From positions 2,914,001 to 2,978,000 of the forward strand of contig CM035353.1 of the NCBI GenBank assembly GCA_020137815.1: a DNA stretch of 64,000 nucleotides, written 5' to 3'. The DNA is from Hormiphora californensis (lineage: Eukaryota > Animalia > Ctenophora). Positions 39,601 to 52,737 of this stretch are shown here, in pieces. A program made the translations under genes and the position numbers. A model generated the notes under the pieces. It ran no database searches, was not told the DNA's origin, and saw only the letters and a program-made list of their open reading frames with translations. The stretch's first letter is position 1. Each line of letters starts with the position of its first letter.

Positions 39601-42600
39601 TAGATATAAACACTCATATATGTATCATGCAATGCTATAAGCGATAATTTGCTGCGTTATACAGATCTGTCACACTGCAGGAACCGACCGAAACAAGTAA
39701 ACAACCAATCAGAACTCGTTATTTAGGTCACGTGACTGGTTATCAGCCAATCAGGGACCAGTATTTCCTGATTCGGTCGGTTCCTGTCACACTGGCTATC
39801 TGCTCCACGAGTAGAGAGCTGCGAGCTGTCACGATCTGTGCACATGCAAACTCTATTTCTGATCCTAAGCTACTACTTCTTATCACTGCACTGGGGGAAA
39901 TTAAACAGTCGTAGCAGAGGTTCAGACTGTTTCCCTGAGTGTCTGGCGGCGCCGACCCAATATCTGATCTGAGCGAGAATCTAGTACACACACTCACAGT
40001 GACTGTATATACTCACAGTCACACATTCTAAACTATATAGCTGTTTAATTTCAGTGAAATGGAAGGTGTACTTGCAGAACAACAAGCTGCAGGAGTTCCC
40101 ACGCCCGTTTTGTCGCCGAGAAAAGATCAGGAACAGTTGAATATCACACCAAAAAAAGAGCAAAGAACACGCTAAGATATTTATGAAACATTCAAACGCC
40201 ATCACTGCAGTTATAGTTTATCGTCATACATAGCGACCTTGCTATAATTCGAATCACATATAGTTGGGTCGGTTGTGGGAAGTCGGATCTGGAAATTTAA
40301 AATTGACTTGCTAATATGTTTAGTGACTCTATAAAAAGTCCAAAGCACCATCCCACAGGTCTCTACCACCCCCGGTTCACTAATTATTCGTAATTATGTG
40401 ATTTATGACGTTATGGCCAATTAGCACTAATAATACCAGTTCCTGGTCACTTATAGCTTAGATTTTGATACCAGATGATAGAGGATGACTAGATTAGTGG
40501 GCATACAAAATTTGAGGTCGATCGGATTTATGGTCGAGGAGTTATAGCCGTTTTTCCGTTTGGCTGGCGGTTGGCTGGCACCACGTGGGATTACGGGTTT
40601 AGGTCGTCGTAGGAGGTCGTGGTTGGTCGCATTCGATCGGGCTTGATGAGGTGATCAAAACCTAGTGGGGCCAGACCTTGGCCCCACCCCGTTCTGGGGT
40701 TATTAGGCTTTTTTGGTTTTGGCGGGAAAATATTTTGGCGGGAAACCGAAAAAGCCTAATAACCCCAGAACGGGGTGGGGCCAAGGTCTGGCCCCACTAG
40801 GTTTTGATCACCTCATCAAGCCCGATCGAATGCGACCAACCACGACCTCCTACGACGACCTAAACCCGTAATCCCACGTGGTGCCAGCCAACCGCCAGCC
40901 AAACGGAAAAACGGCTATAACTCCTCGACCATAAATCCGATCGACCTCAAATTTTGTATGCCCACTAATCTAGTCATCCTCTATCATCTGGTATCAAAAT
41001 CTAAGCTATAAGTGGCCAGGAACTGGTATTATTAGTGCTAATTGGCCATAACGTCATAAATCACATAATTACGAATAATTAGTGAACCGGGGGTGGTAGA
41101 GACCTATGGGATGGTGCTTTGGACTTTTTATAGAGCCACTAAACATATCAGCAAGTCAAATTTATAATTCCAGACCCAACTTCCCACAACCGACTCTACT
41201 AATAGTTCACCCCACAGCCAGAAAGAGTTAGAGGAATCTCTTATCACACACACACACACACAAGATAATATATCAAGAGTATCAAGACTCCATACACACA
41301 CAGAGGTGTGATATCACACACACACACAGGTGTGGTACATCACACACAGATCACACACCGTAATATTGGACAGGATTGGTGATGTAAAGTTGTCTGGAGA
41401 TGCCGTGGTCACCATGGCTCCCTTGTTCCTAGTGTTACCAGGGTACATGCTCTGGGGAAATGCCGCGTCAGATGATGCCTCCTCGTTGAAATTGCAGAAT
41501 TTCGCTAATTCTTGATTCGCCCCGCAAATAGCGGCTCGAATTTAGGTGTTTGCCGCGTTTTTACAAAAAAGCAAATTTTTCAGCAGCTGATTTTGAGTGA
41601 AACATTTGCTTTTTTTGGATTCGCTCCGTTATTCGGATCTTCATTCGCCCCACTATTTGCGAATCGAGTCAAGAATTAGGGTGAGTATATAATATGTGTT
41701 GTGTGTTGTTTGATAGATAAAGATAGCAGGGGCACACCTTTATTAAAGGTATATGTGCCTGCTATAAAGTAATCAAGTCCAACACATCCTATGCACCCAT
41801 CGGACGGGCTGTATGCCATATAATATTAACCTATTATTGATGCTTGTTGTTCCTGTATTGATGCTTATATTGATTGATGCTGTTTAGTTGAAAATGCAGG
41901 TGACCATCGTTAAAATGGTTACCATGCATTTTGTTATTTGTACTACACATCACGAGTACAAACATATGCTGAGCTGATATTATCATTTAATTACATATTC
42001 TAGTATTATACAGCGAAACCTCGATTTACTGGTCACCGGGGAGCTCGATTTACCGCACCGAATACAAATTGCCATATTATGATCTATAGCTATATTGAGT
42101 ATTATTTTTCACTTAAAATTAACTCCATTCTCACGAGCACCCGGTAAATCGAGGTTTAACTAATATATTCTGGGTAATCCAACGTGAAACAAGGCATGAT
42201 TGAGACATTTAAAAAAAGCTATGTACATAAATGTAATCGCATCATGAGGAAGTATTGCTTTTCACAGATACGTACTGCAGTAGTGAACAGGTAAAAACAA
42301 TGTATCATATATATGTTTGGAGCTGACAACTATATAGGAACATATGCAGCTGGAATTGTATATACTATACTAATTGTATATACTAATTGTATATACTAAT
42401 ATTATATACCTGTGGGCCATGATAAGCCATTATGGTGAGTTCCATGTAGAAGGGTAGGATCGATAACAAGTCCAACCATGGCAGGATCTGCCTAGAAAGA
42501 AGGAAAATAATTATGATATACCTCCAGAAAGTATTTTATCTTTGTTTTAGTCTGGAAATTATAGACGTCGAAGCATTCCTTTGCCTGATATTGGCAAAAG

Positions 42601-45600
42601 AATACTTCCAAGACGTCCCCTTCCCATTATTTGTGTTTGATCGTGTTCGTTTATTATTATCTCTACTGGAAATGGTCAAATGGATACACCTCCCATCCCA
42701 TCACCTAAGACATCACGGTACCCATCACATCCATGAAAGTCGTATGTTGGTCAGTTTGTATTGTTTGTTGTTCAAATTAGATAACTTATACATATTTATA
42801 TCTGTTATCTGATGATTAAACTTTTGTGTTTGTGAAACAATTGGTCCCATCTCTATTATAATTTTTTTTGGAAAAACAATTAAAAATATATACACAATGG
42901 TATTTACAATGGCAATTTACAATTTTATATTATTAAAAGCATAGGTAAAATCATCAACATTATAATCTCTCATTTTCCTGCTGTTTCTTGACCCACGTAT
43001 ACATAAAAGGCTCAATTTTAAAATGATAAAGGAGAGTCTCACTCTTAAAAAGCTAATAACGTCATTAAAATTCTCATTCTTCTTATTACAAATCTTGTTA
43101 CATAAAAGTTTTAAAAAAGTCTTGCATTCAGGTCCATAGCCTCCTGTTATTGAAAAAATTAAAGGGGTAAAAGTGCCTCTTTCGACATTTAAAATTCTCT
43201 CATTATATTTACACCTTTTCTTAGATTCAAGATATGTAAAAACCTTCTTTGCACTTTTACATTTAGTTATGTAGCTTTTAGAGTTCGGATTAATAAGCTG
43301 CACATCAAAAAATGCATTCTGTCCATCACGATAAAATCCGTGAGCCTTAATGTCAGGTTTAGCCGAATCTTCCGTCGCCGTTGTCCTTGTGGTGAAACTT
43401 TCTCCATCAACAGCTTGAAGGTCCAGCTCCCTCTCTACGTCATTGCACACGGTTGTAAGTTGGTCAGCTAAGAGGTTGCACAGCTTGTTGTGCCTGTAGA
43501 TTACATACCCTCCTCTACCACAATTGATTAAATCTCTATTATAATTTGGAGATGAACGTCGTCGAAGTCGTTCGTTCAGCGGTATCTAAGCGACAGTGCT
43601 CCTTCATAAAACACTTTAAGTGACCAAAGCTGTAAAGCTGTTGTTTACACTTTTGGAACTTCAGTGGAAGTTTGTTAATATTTTCGAATAACTTTGAACA
43701 TAGTTACCAACTCAGTTGTCATGGCAACCGGTGTGACGTATGTTGAAGTTGAAAGGGACGAAAAGAACCGCCCGGCGAGGCCGGGTGGGTTATCAAAAAG
43801 CCCTTACTTGAGGCGCACCCAATGGGTGCGCTAGTCTCTATTATAATTTGGAGATGAACGTCGTCGAAGTCGTTCGTTAGGCGGTATCTAAGCGACAGTC
43901 TGCTCCTTCATAAAACACTTCAATGTGCCCAAAGCTGTAAAGCTGTTATTCACACTTTTGGAACTTCCAGTGGAAGTTTGTTAATATTTTCGAATAACTT
44001 TTAACATGCCAGTTTCCATAGTTACCAACTCAGTTGTCATGGCAACCGTTTTATAGACGTTGAAAGGGATGAAAAGAACCGCCCGGCGAAGCCGGGTGGG
44101 TTATCAAAAAGCCCTTACTTGAGGCGCACCCAATGGGTGCGCTAGTCTCTATTATAATTTGGAGATGAACGTCGTCGAAGTCGTTCGTTCAGCGGTATCT
44201 AAGCGACAGTGCTCCTTCATAAAACACTTTAAGTGACCAAAGCTGTAAAGCTGTTGTTTACACTTTTGGAACTTCAGTGGAAGTTTGTTAATATTTTCGA
44301 ATAACTTTGAACATGCCAGTCTCCATAGTTACCAACTCAGTTGTCATGGCAACCGGTGTGACGTGTGTTGAAGTTGAAAGGGACGAAAAGAACCGCCCGG
44401 CGAAGCCGGGTGGGTTATCAAAAAGCCCTTACTTGAGGCGCACCCAATGGGTGCGCTAGTATACTAAAAGCCACACTTGGCACTTGCATATAATTTCATT
44501 ATTCACTCACTGTCTCCTCAATATACCCGTTTTGATTTGAGCAGTACGTGTGAGCAGTACAACGCAATGTCCGATCTAGCCAACCCGGTGCTCAGTGCAA
44601 CGGTGAAAGGGGAATCACTTGATTCTTTGTTTTCCGATTCGATTGATCTTGAAACGAGGGGTGCATCACACTATTTAACAGGAACCGACCGAATCAGGAA
44701 ATACTGGTCCCTGATTGGCTGATAACCAGTCACGTGACCTAAATAACGAGTTCTGATTGGTTGTTTACTTGTTTCGGTCGGTTCCTGATATTTAATATGT
44801 TATCGGAAAACTATTTATTCTAACAACTTTGATAAAAGAAGGGTAGTGTTGGTATTTATATGTAAACTAAATCTCTAACGCTCTCCCGTTGTTTTCGCAC
44901 CACCCTGCCAGTATCAACATTATATAACAGGAACCGACCGAGACAAGTAAACAACCAATCAGAACTCGTTTTGTTAAAACTGCCTCTTTATTTCGTTAAG
45001 TTGAGATTTACCCCTTTGTATGCGGGTGACTCGCTGCATATAAACCCGGGTTTATTGGTTATATATCAACCCTTTACAACACTATTGTCTAGCTAGACCC
45101 TGTTTCGCGAGCCCCGCCCGCGAAATATAAAGGGAGGGTTAGAACATAACAACTATAACACTACTTAATATTAATTACTATACTTACTTAGTATTAATTA
45201 TATTCAATATCAAGCAGCTCCAAGAGCAATAGATAGAGATATGTCTTGATTATATTTAATAATATATTAATATAATCAACACATATCTCTATCTCTTGTC
45301 CCTGGAGCTACTTGATATTGAATATAATTAATACTAAGTACCTCCACGTACAAGAGGTGGGAGTAAGACCACTCTATGTAGCAGGAACCGACCGACACAA
45401 GCAAACAACCAATCAGAACTCGTCATTTAGGTCACGTGACTGGTTATCAGCAAATCAGGGACCAGTATTTCCCTGATTCGGTCGGTTCCTGCTATGTAGC
45501 CTCCCACAGACTATCATAGTTATATTAGGGTCACCACACACCAAAGTTAAAATTAAAATTAAAATTTTGATTTTAAACCCGCACACACCAGCGGCCGTTA

Positions 45601-48407
45601 AAATTTCTCTCCCCATTCTAAAAGTAACAATCTCACGCACGATTTTGACGGTCGCGTTGGATGACAAAATTTTAACACGCCGTCAAAATCGCGCGCGAGA
45701 TTGTTACTTTTAGAATGGGGGAGAGAAATTTTAACGGCCGCTGGTGTGTGCGGGTTTAAAATCAAAATTTTAATTTTAATTTTAACTTTGGCGTGTGGTG
45801 ACCCTTATATTGCTACCATTATTAGCATTAAATACTACCATTATTTCGACCATCGTCCAATGGTTTACTTTTGTTCTACAGTCGGACCCCGATTTAGGGG
45901 CCCCCGATTTAGTGGCACCCCGATTTAGTAGACAAGAGCCTTTCCCCCGAGGGTGTCCCTAAATCGGGGTCCGACTGTACTTCTATAAGTCCGGTATAAT
46001 ATCATCCCGATACTGCTGCGATCGACAATATTAGTTGGGAGACTCTAGTCTTACTACTAGAATATACTACCGCTTCTCTACTATCTCTTTTATTATTAAT
46101 ACTATTATATTAACATAATCACAATTTTCAATAAGGTATGATAGGTGCCGACCAATCCCTCACACAAAGCTTATGGCACGTGATGGTCCCAGGTCCGAGC
46201 GTGAAAGAGAGCAGCAGGCAAGAGAGCGGGGTAGAGATAGCTATAGATAAAAGGAGAGTAACATGGGAATGAATATTAATTGTTTATAACACAACGGAAG
46301 GCACTATAAAAGTATCAAAAAGCGGTAGCACATCGAGAGGGCAATATTATGTACTTTGGCGGTCTTTATTGTAGATCAGCACCAACTGAATTCGTCAAAA
46401 ACTAGTTTTTAAATGGGCAATTCTAGTTATTTCTTCCCTGGCCATGCAGTTACATGTACCGTATCACGCTACATTGCTCCTCTGCTTCTTTTATTGGTTA
46501 CATCACAGACCAAAAACGTGAACGTGTTGGGTACCTACAGTCAATTACTGGGCCAACACCATGAACAGGCAGCATTGGATAAGAATGTGTGTCAAAAGGG
46601 AGCGGAGAACCAACTTAGGTACTTCCAGAAATGGATGGGAGTTTCCAAAGATGGTTGGGCGTTTCAGAATATAACGGCTCGCAATCGCGTGAATATATCC
46701 TGCACCATGACCTTTGATCTGTTAAGGAAGTTCGATTCGCAACAATTGATGCCCCTGGATGAGGATTTCTCGTTAAAGAACCTCTCCTTCACCTGCACTG
46801 TCATTATGGAGCATAACATGATATCAGCGGGTGATTTGTTATGTTCTGGAAAGAGCGCCTGTCACACTGACGAGTGCCACTGTAACGAGAAGGTGTTCTA
46901 TTGTCCAAGAGGTCCTCGAAGCTGCATTCCATTCTGACCAGGTTTGTGACGGCTTTGCTTGACTGTGAGGGAGGCCTGGATGAGTGTATGTGCATTAGTC
47001 AGACGGTCACCGTGTCCTGCCTTCATGATAAGTCCTTTCAGTACTTGCCTTTCCATGAAAGAAGCGTGCAAACCCAAAACGCAAATGGGCCTTCGGTATT
47101 TGGGGTGTGAGGGGTTCAATGCGACCAATCACAACTGTTCTCAGAACGTTATTAAACCAGCTGGAAGGGTGGGGAGTGTTCTGGAAAACTCCTACGACGA
47201 TCTTTACGACGCCTGGCTAGCAGGATCAGGGGATCTGCTCGAGCAGCCTACTCAGGAGGGAAGCAGTCATTGAATATCCGGAACAGGAAGAATGCAAACG
47301 GATCCTAATCCAAGAGTTCGACCTTCCAACAGAGGGAACAGAATGGTCAAACGGCTTGTGCAACCGTATAGCCATGGTAGACTACCTACGAGGGCGTTTT
47401 ATTTAGCCAAGTATTCTTTTGTGATCCAGACAGTAGATTGCTTACGAATTTTCTTGCGTATGGAACTAGGATTTGTGACGAGAAGAGGGACTGTCCAAAT
47501 GGACACGATGAGTTGTTTTGTCCGGCTCGGTTCTACTGTAGCAAAAGCGATGACGACATAGCTTGGATAGATGAAGATAAGGTATGTGATAGGGTCCGTA
47601 GACTGCAAGAACGGGATGGATGAGTGCTCTGGTTGCGAGTTGGGTGCCCTTAGCAACAGCAAATTCCTCATCCGCAACAACATTCTTGCAATATTGGCAA
47701 TGGTCGGGGGGATAACCATATTTCTCTTCAACTTGAATGTAGGTTACCGAATCTTCAAAGAGTCTCCTGAAAGCAAATGTGGCAAAATAGATCGGATCTT
47801 CAGGATGCAGGTAGCGATGTATGACCTAATGATGGGTCTCTATCTCGTCTTGCTTGTCATAGTTTCTGTCGGCCTGCGCCTAACCGATGACTACTGTCAG
47901 TTGGACGCACAGTGGAGATCCAGTAAGTTGTGTGCCATGCTTGGATGTGTCTTCTCCGTCTCCAGTCATGGGTCATTCCTTCTGATCACCGCCATGAGTT
48001 TCGTCAGGTTTCTCAACTGCCTCAACCTGGTAAAAAACATGCGGATGCGTGTGATATGGATCGGAATCCTCGTCTCCGGTATTTTCAACTTGGGCCACGC
48101 CCTAGCGCCCATTATACCCCTTTGGCAGGTACAAAAGTTCTTCCGAACCATCATAATCTTGGACTCCAAGTTGGATAACCCCTTTTTTACGACCTATGAC
48201 CAAGACCACCTGGAGCGGATGCACTCCCTGGTATACAACAGCACTCCCGGGGAACAAGGAATCGAGACTGTGCTGCAGGATCTACGAAACATCACTTCGG
48301 AACCGTCCATCTTTAACTATGTGGACATTGGGTACTATGGAAACAGCCCACTGTGCGTCGCTAACGTCTTCAAAAACCAAGCATCCTACCTCCCTTACAA
48401 GGTAGGG

Positions 48408-48465
<58 letters not shown>

Positions 48466-51400
48466 CTCTAGGTTATAGCGTACCAAACTCTGCCGCACGA
48501 CAGAACGGTGTTGCAACCTGTCATAAAGTCTGTGGTCTGTATGAAAGATAATAGCTAAAATATCACGCTCAAAATTACACCAATCAAACAAAATTTCTCA
48601 GGTAGGATACTGTATAACGGTAACGTTTCTCATCGTCATTCTCTCCGTCTCCTACATCGGTATCTTGGTGGAAAGTCACAAGACGAGCACTGAGGCGGGA
48701 GCGGCATCTGCTGAGCACGTGCAGAAGTTGGCTCTAAAGGTGTCCCTTTTGATTGGGAGCCAGCTCGTGGCATGGATGTCCTACGTTCTCACCCTCATCT
48801 ACTTTTCCTGGGTCAACCCCACCGCTCCGAGTGCCATTGTGCAGGAGGTCTTCAGTTTAGTGGTGTTGCCCAGTAACAGCCTCCTGAACCCCATATTCTA
48901 TCAGTACCATCTATCGAGAGTCGCTGATTTCGTAGCAAAATGTTTGAGGAAACCGGAGACAGTTAGGGATCGACGAAGGGTCGACGAAGCAACTACAGGA
49001 AACACACATAGCGTGGGAAACGGGACTCAGTACCAGTAGAGACAATGCAAGCTTAGTTAAAACTACATGGACTTGGCAAGCAACATTGAAATGTTTGGAG
49101 TGTTCCATTATTGAAGATGCTTTTTTTTCAGTTTTTTGAACGCATTGCATTCTTGATACAAACACGGTATCTGGAGATAGACATTTGGAGATATGTGGAG
49201 ATACTAGACATTTTCTGAATGGAAATAATTGGCTACTTTTTCATGATGTTAAGATTCCAAAAAGTTTTTTGAAACGTTAATTGAAATATTTTATTTTTTT
49301 TGCTTAATGTTATAATATGTTTGTCCTTTGTCAGTAATCCTCAAAATCTTAAACTACAATTCGATCAGTCGATTTTACTGGTAGACACTGACCAGTGGGC
49401 TTACAACAATAGGGGTAATATGTGTATTCCTGTGAAGGAATTATATAGATACCTGAGGAATGCATTCTTGTTTTGAGCGGACCACAGTCGAGCAAGGTAA
49501 TCTGCACTGAAGAAGGCCATTATGAATGAATTCAGACCAAACAGGTAGTAGTAGTACTCATTTGAGGGGTCTATAAAATAATCCTGGACCTTCTCTTCTG
49601 TCTCCAATACTGAAATGGATCAGGGTTGAAATTGGAATTGGAGAGGAGTTGAAATTGGAAATGGATCAGGGTTGAAATTGGAATGAGAAAGGAGTTGAAA
49701 TTGGAATAAGAAAGGAGTTGAAATTGGAATAAGAAAGGAGTTGAAATTGGAATTGGAAAGGAGAGTTGAAATTGGAACTAGATAGGAATTGAATTGAACT
49801 TACCAAGAAACGCTATAGAAATGAGAATAAAGAAGCAATCCACTATGGCATAGAGAGCTGCGAGTCGGCTGCTATCTGGATTGTTTATTACACTGTCAAC
49901 ACGGGACTTCCATATACCCGTCCGAGTATTGTCTCTAAATAGAAAGAGATTTTTTATATCTCGAAAAGCAGAGGGTGTAGAAAATATCTACGACCTCGCC
50001 ATGCACTCAAACCTCGAATTTTCTACTCCATGTTTAGGCACACCCTTCATACCCATTGCCCGGCCATTGTACATGTAGTAATCCTCTGCGAGGCAACGTA
50101 AATTATATGGGTTGACGATTAACCAAGATATATCTTTGTCCAGCTGCAATCTCTATTAGTGTCATCCAAGTATGATGGAGTGGAAACTATAATTTATAGT
50201 GTACACTTATACAAATTAAAAACAACGGAAGGTCCACTTATATAGCCATACTTGGATGACACTCAGACACTGTTATATAGTACTAGATAACCGGCCCCCG
50301 TCAAGTATAAAGTACAACACATCCATACTTGGTTTACACCTATTATATACAGCTGGAGGGTCTATAGCAAGCAAAGGTAGAAGCTTGTCGGTCGCGTGGC
50401 CCAATGGCTAAGGCGCCTGCCTACGGAGCAGGAGATTCCAGGTTCGAGCCCTGGCGTGATCGTAGAATCTTTTTGTTACCAAACACGCACATGTTCTCAT
50501 GATATACCTGATTAGTTCTTTTTCTGATTGCGGGCTTCCCTCCATCTCGAACTCTTGAGGGATGAGTGGTATTTTGAAGAACTCAAACTCTCGCGTTATG
50601 AGGCCCTCGTCCATCCGATCACATAAGTACGGGATCTGACCTGAACAATGCAAAACCATATGGTGATCAAACACCAGATCACATTTCACAATTACTGCGC
50701 AACCAGTTGATCAGTTTCCAAACCCCAACAACATAACACTGCCCAATGAAAATTGCATCACCTGTATATAGAACCTTATTAGATCTAATATATTGTGCTC
50801 ACCTGTCTGATAGTAATTTACAATGGCATCAAATGCCTCTCTGTTTCTGTCAAAGTAGTATGCTGATAAGTCCTGACGGTAAAACCGGTTCAACGTATCT
50901 GAACCTGTTAATTAATTAGAGGTCATAGAGTTCAGCTCTGATGTGAAGCTTTGCAAACTAAATCTATATGTCAGAGAAAACTTCAAATTATTTTTTCCCT
51001 GTCAGCGCAATGCATGATCACTCTCGAAATTCTCGAGAATGAGTCGCAGCGCAATACGTGACAAATATATTCGTCCAGCCTAGTTCCAAACTACTGAAGC
51101 AATATAAAGTTTAGTATATTTAGTATACCCCGGTAAATCGGGGTCCGACTGTATTTACTACAAGCTTAACATACCAAGTAGGGTGTCGGGGTATTGCTGT
51201 AACAGCTCCCTGCGCAGAATGAAGGTCGCCCCGGCCACGTTGATGTTAACCCATGTACTGGTGTGATCGTTGTGATCAGTTAAACCATCCACTGCAGTAG
51301 GAGTGGGGGTTAGGGGTGGGGGAGTGGGGTTAGGGCTGGGGGAGTGGGGGTGAGCATGGGGGAGTGATGGTTGGAGTGGGGGAGTGGGAGTTAGAATGGG

Positions 51401-52584
51401 GGTGAGAATGGGGGAGTGGGGGTGAGAATGGGGGAATGGGGGTTAGAATGGGGGAGTGGGGGTGAGAATGGGGGAGTGGGGGTGAGCATGGGGGAGTGGG
51501 GGTGAGAATGGGGGAGTGGGGGTTAGAATGGGGTAGTGGGGGTTAGAATGGGGTAGTCATATGCATCAGGGCTAGAGAGCAGCCGATCCAACTTTGTCTC
51601 ATATAAGACCGTCCTCTTCGCACCGCGGGCGAGGTTGCGCGGTGTACACTGTACACTGTACAGTCAGTACAGTCAGTGTCTGACAAATCCAACTAATATA
51701 TTTCACTAACTTGTTCTCCCGTTGCCCATAACTGTATCTGCAGCTGCATTGAGACTATTTCCACATTTCCTCTTGCAGTTTATCATATTGTTTCTCCGAG
51801 CCCTGTAAAACACAATGCATTAGAGGGAGGGAGCTTCATTAGAGGGAGTGAGATTTGTAGGGAGAGGGCGCTTTGTAGGGAGAGGGCGCTTTGTAGGGGG
51901 ACAATGAACAATACCGGGAACACACGAGTTGTAGATTAGAGAAATTCAGAGAAATTCAGAGAAATTCAGAGACTATAATTGTCATAGTTGTATCTCTGAA
52001 TCTTTAAAATCTACCCCCTGACCCCCACCCCATTCCCTCTAATGTATAAATGATGATTCCCAAGAACGTTTTAGAGTTTTTCTAAAATCTTTATAACAAC
52101 GAAGTTTCAAACTCAAATTCTTTATTAGCTTATATCATAATTTATAAGGGAGTGGACATCAGATGTGTGGATACTGGATAGCAGGAACCGACCGAATCAG
52201 GAAATACTGGTCCCTGATTAGCGGATAACCAGTCACGTGACCTAAATAACGAGTTCTGATTGGTTGTTTACTTGTTTGGTTCGGTTCCTGCTGGCCGATG
52301 CTCTGACCATGGTTCTCGCGCGCTATAGGGTCAGTCTAATTTGCTCTGACAGCCAGGCCAATGCTCAGACAGCTGCAGGCCATGTAATCAGGATCTCCCT
52401 TAGTTAATTAACAGGAACCGACCGAAACAAGTAAACAACCAATCAGAACTCGTTATTTAGGTCACGTGATTGGTTATCAGCCAATCAGGGACCAGTATTT
52501 CTTGGTTCGGTCGGTTCCTATTAATTAAACTTACTCTGCATATCGGCTTGTGTTAGATGGAGGTAAAGGTGACAGGGGACTCAT
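34917..52584 (-). CDS. Shaker-family voltage-gated K+ channel, ~13 coding exons per isoform, with two alternative last exons (36391-36247 or 35085-34917)
   Basis: T1: INVAG..F...YPDTLLG, YYFDRNREAFDAIVNYYQTG. S3: LDLLSILPFY. S4: LRVCRVFRVIRVFKLARRS. Pore: WWSVITVTTVG|YGD. S6: LPVT. The pore exon 37304-37170 has one extra base. The first two exons are less certain. Confidence 0.92.
36400..36800. repeat. GT-rich intronic minisatellite just upstream of Kv last exon A
   Basis: Repeated gtgcaggttagtgtggggatgtgt. Confidence 0.85.
38037..39426. mobile_element. Intact ~1.39-kb Kolobok-like foldback, same family as 3589-9823
   Basis: TTAA|GGGTACGC...GCGTACCC|TTAA. Confidence 0.85.
40261..41201. mobile_element. 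~940-bp foldback with Academ-like termini
   Basis: ata|TAG...CTA|ata; near-perfect palindrome centred near 40730. Confidence 0.7.
42917..43520 (-). mobile_element. 5'-truncated CRE/R2-group non-LTR fragment (restriction-like endonuclease domain)
   Basis: GGY..YRHN, KPDI, FFDV, KKRCKY, FTPLIFSITGG motifs. Confidence 0.8.
43533..44459 (+). mobile_element. Three head-to-tail copies of a ~305-bp non-autonomous Helitron
   Basis: A|TC...hairpin GCGCACCCAATGGGTGCGC-TAG|T; units 43533-43834, 43835-44145, 44146-44459. Confidence 0.85.
45528..45804. mobile_element. PIF/Harbinger-like palindromic MITE
   Basis: TTA|GGGTCACC...GGTGACCC|TTA. Confidence 0.7.
46413..49039 (+). CDS. Rhodopsin-class GPCR with LDL-receptor class A repeats (LGR/GRL101-like, no LRRs seen), nested antisense in a Kv intron; several frameshifts; one intron 48402-48601
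   Basis: LDLa motifs (CDEKRDCPNGHDELFC, DCKNGMDEC, DCEGGLDEC); WRSSKLC..LG; NSLLNPIFY; seven hydrophobic segments. Confidence 0.82.
49615..49800. repeat. Intron composed almost entirely of (gttgaaattggaat..)n
   Basis: Direct inspection; lies between the Kv S1 and S2 exons. Confidence 0.85.
50390..50462 (+). tRNA. tRNA-Arg(ACG)
   Basis: Acceptor GGTCGCG/CGTGATC, anticodon arm CCTGC-CTACGGA-GCAGG, T loop GGTTCGAGCC, downstream T6 Pol III terminator. Confidence 0.93.
51300..51556. repeat. G-rich ~20-bp minisatellite (gggggtgagaatgggggagt)n, G-quadruplex-prone
   Basis: Direct inspection. Confidence 0.9.
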
Positions 52585-52737
52585 CTGTCCAGCTCCGTTG
52601 CGGGAGAAAAAACCCGCAAAGATTGCAAATGAACTACTGAACATGACTATCTAAACTATATCAATATGTGTGACTGTTGGCAGCAGGTATGATCAGATTT
52701 TTATGGTCTTACTCCATTATAGATATGTTTGACAATC

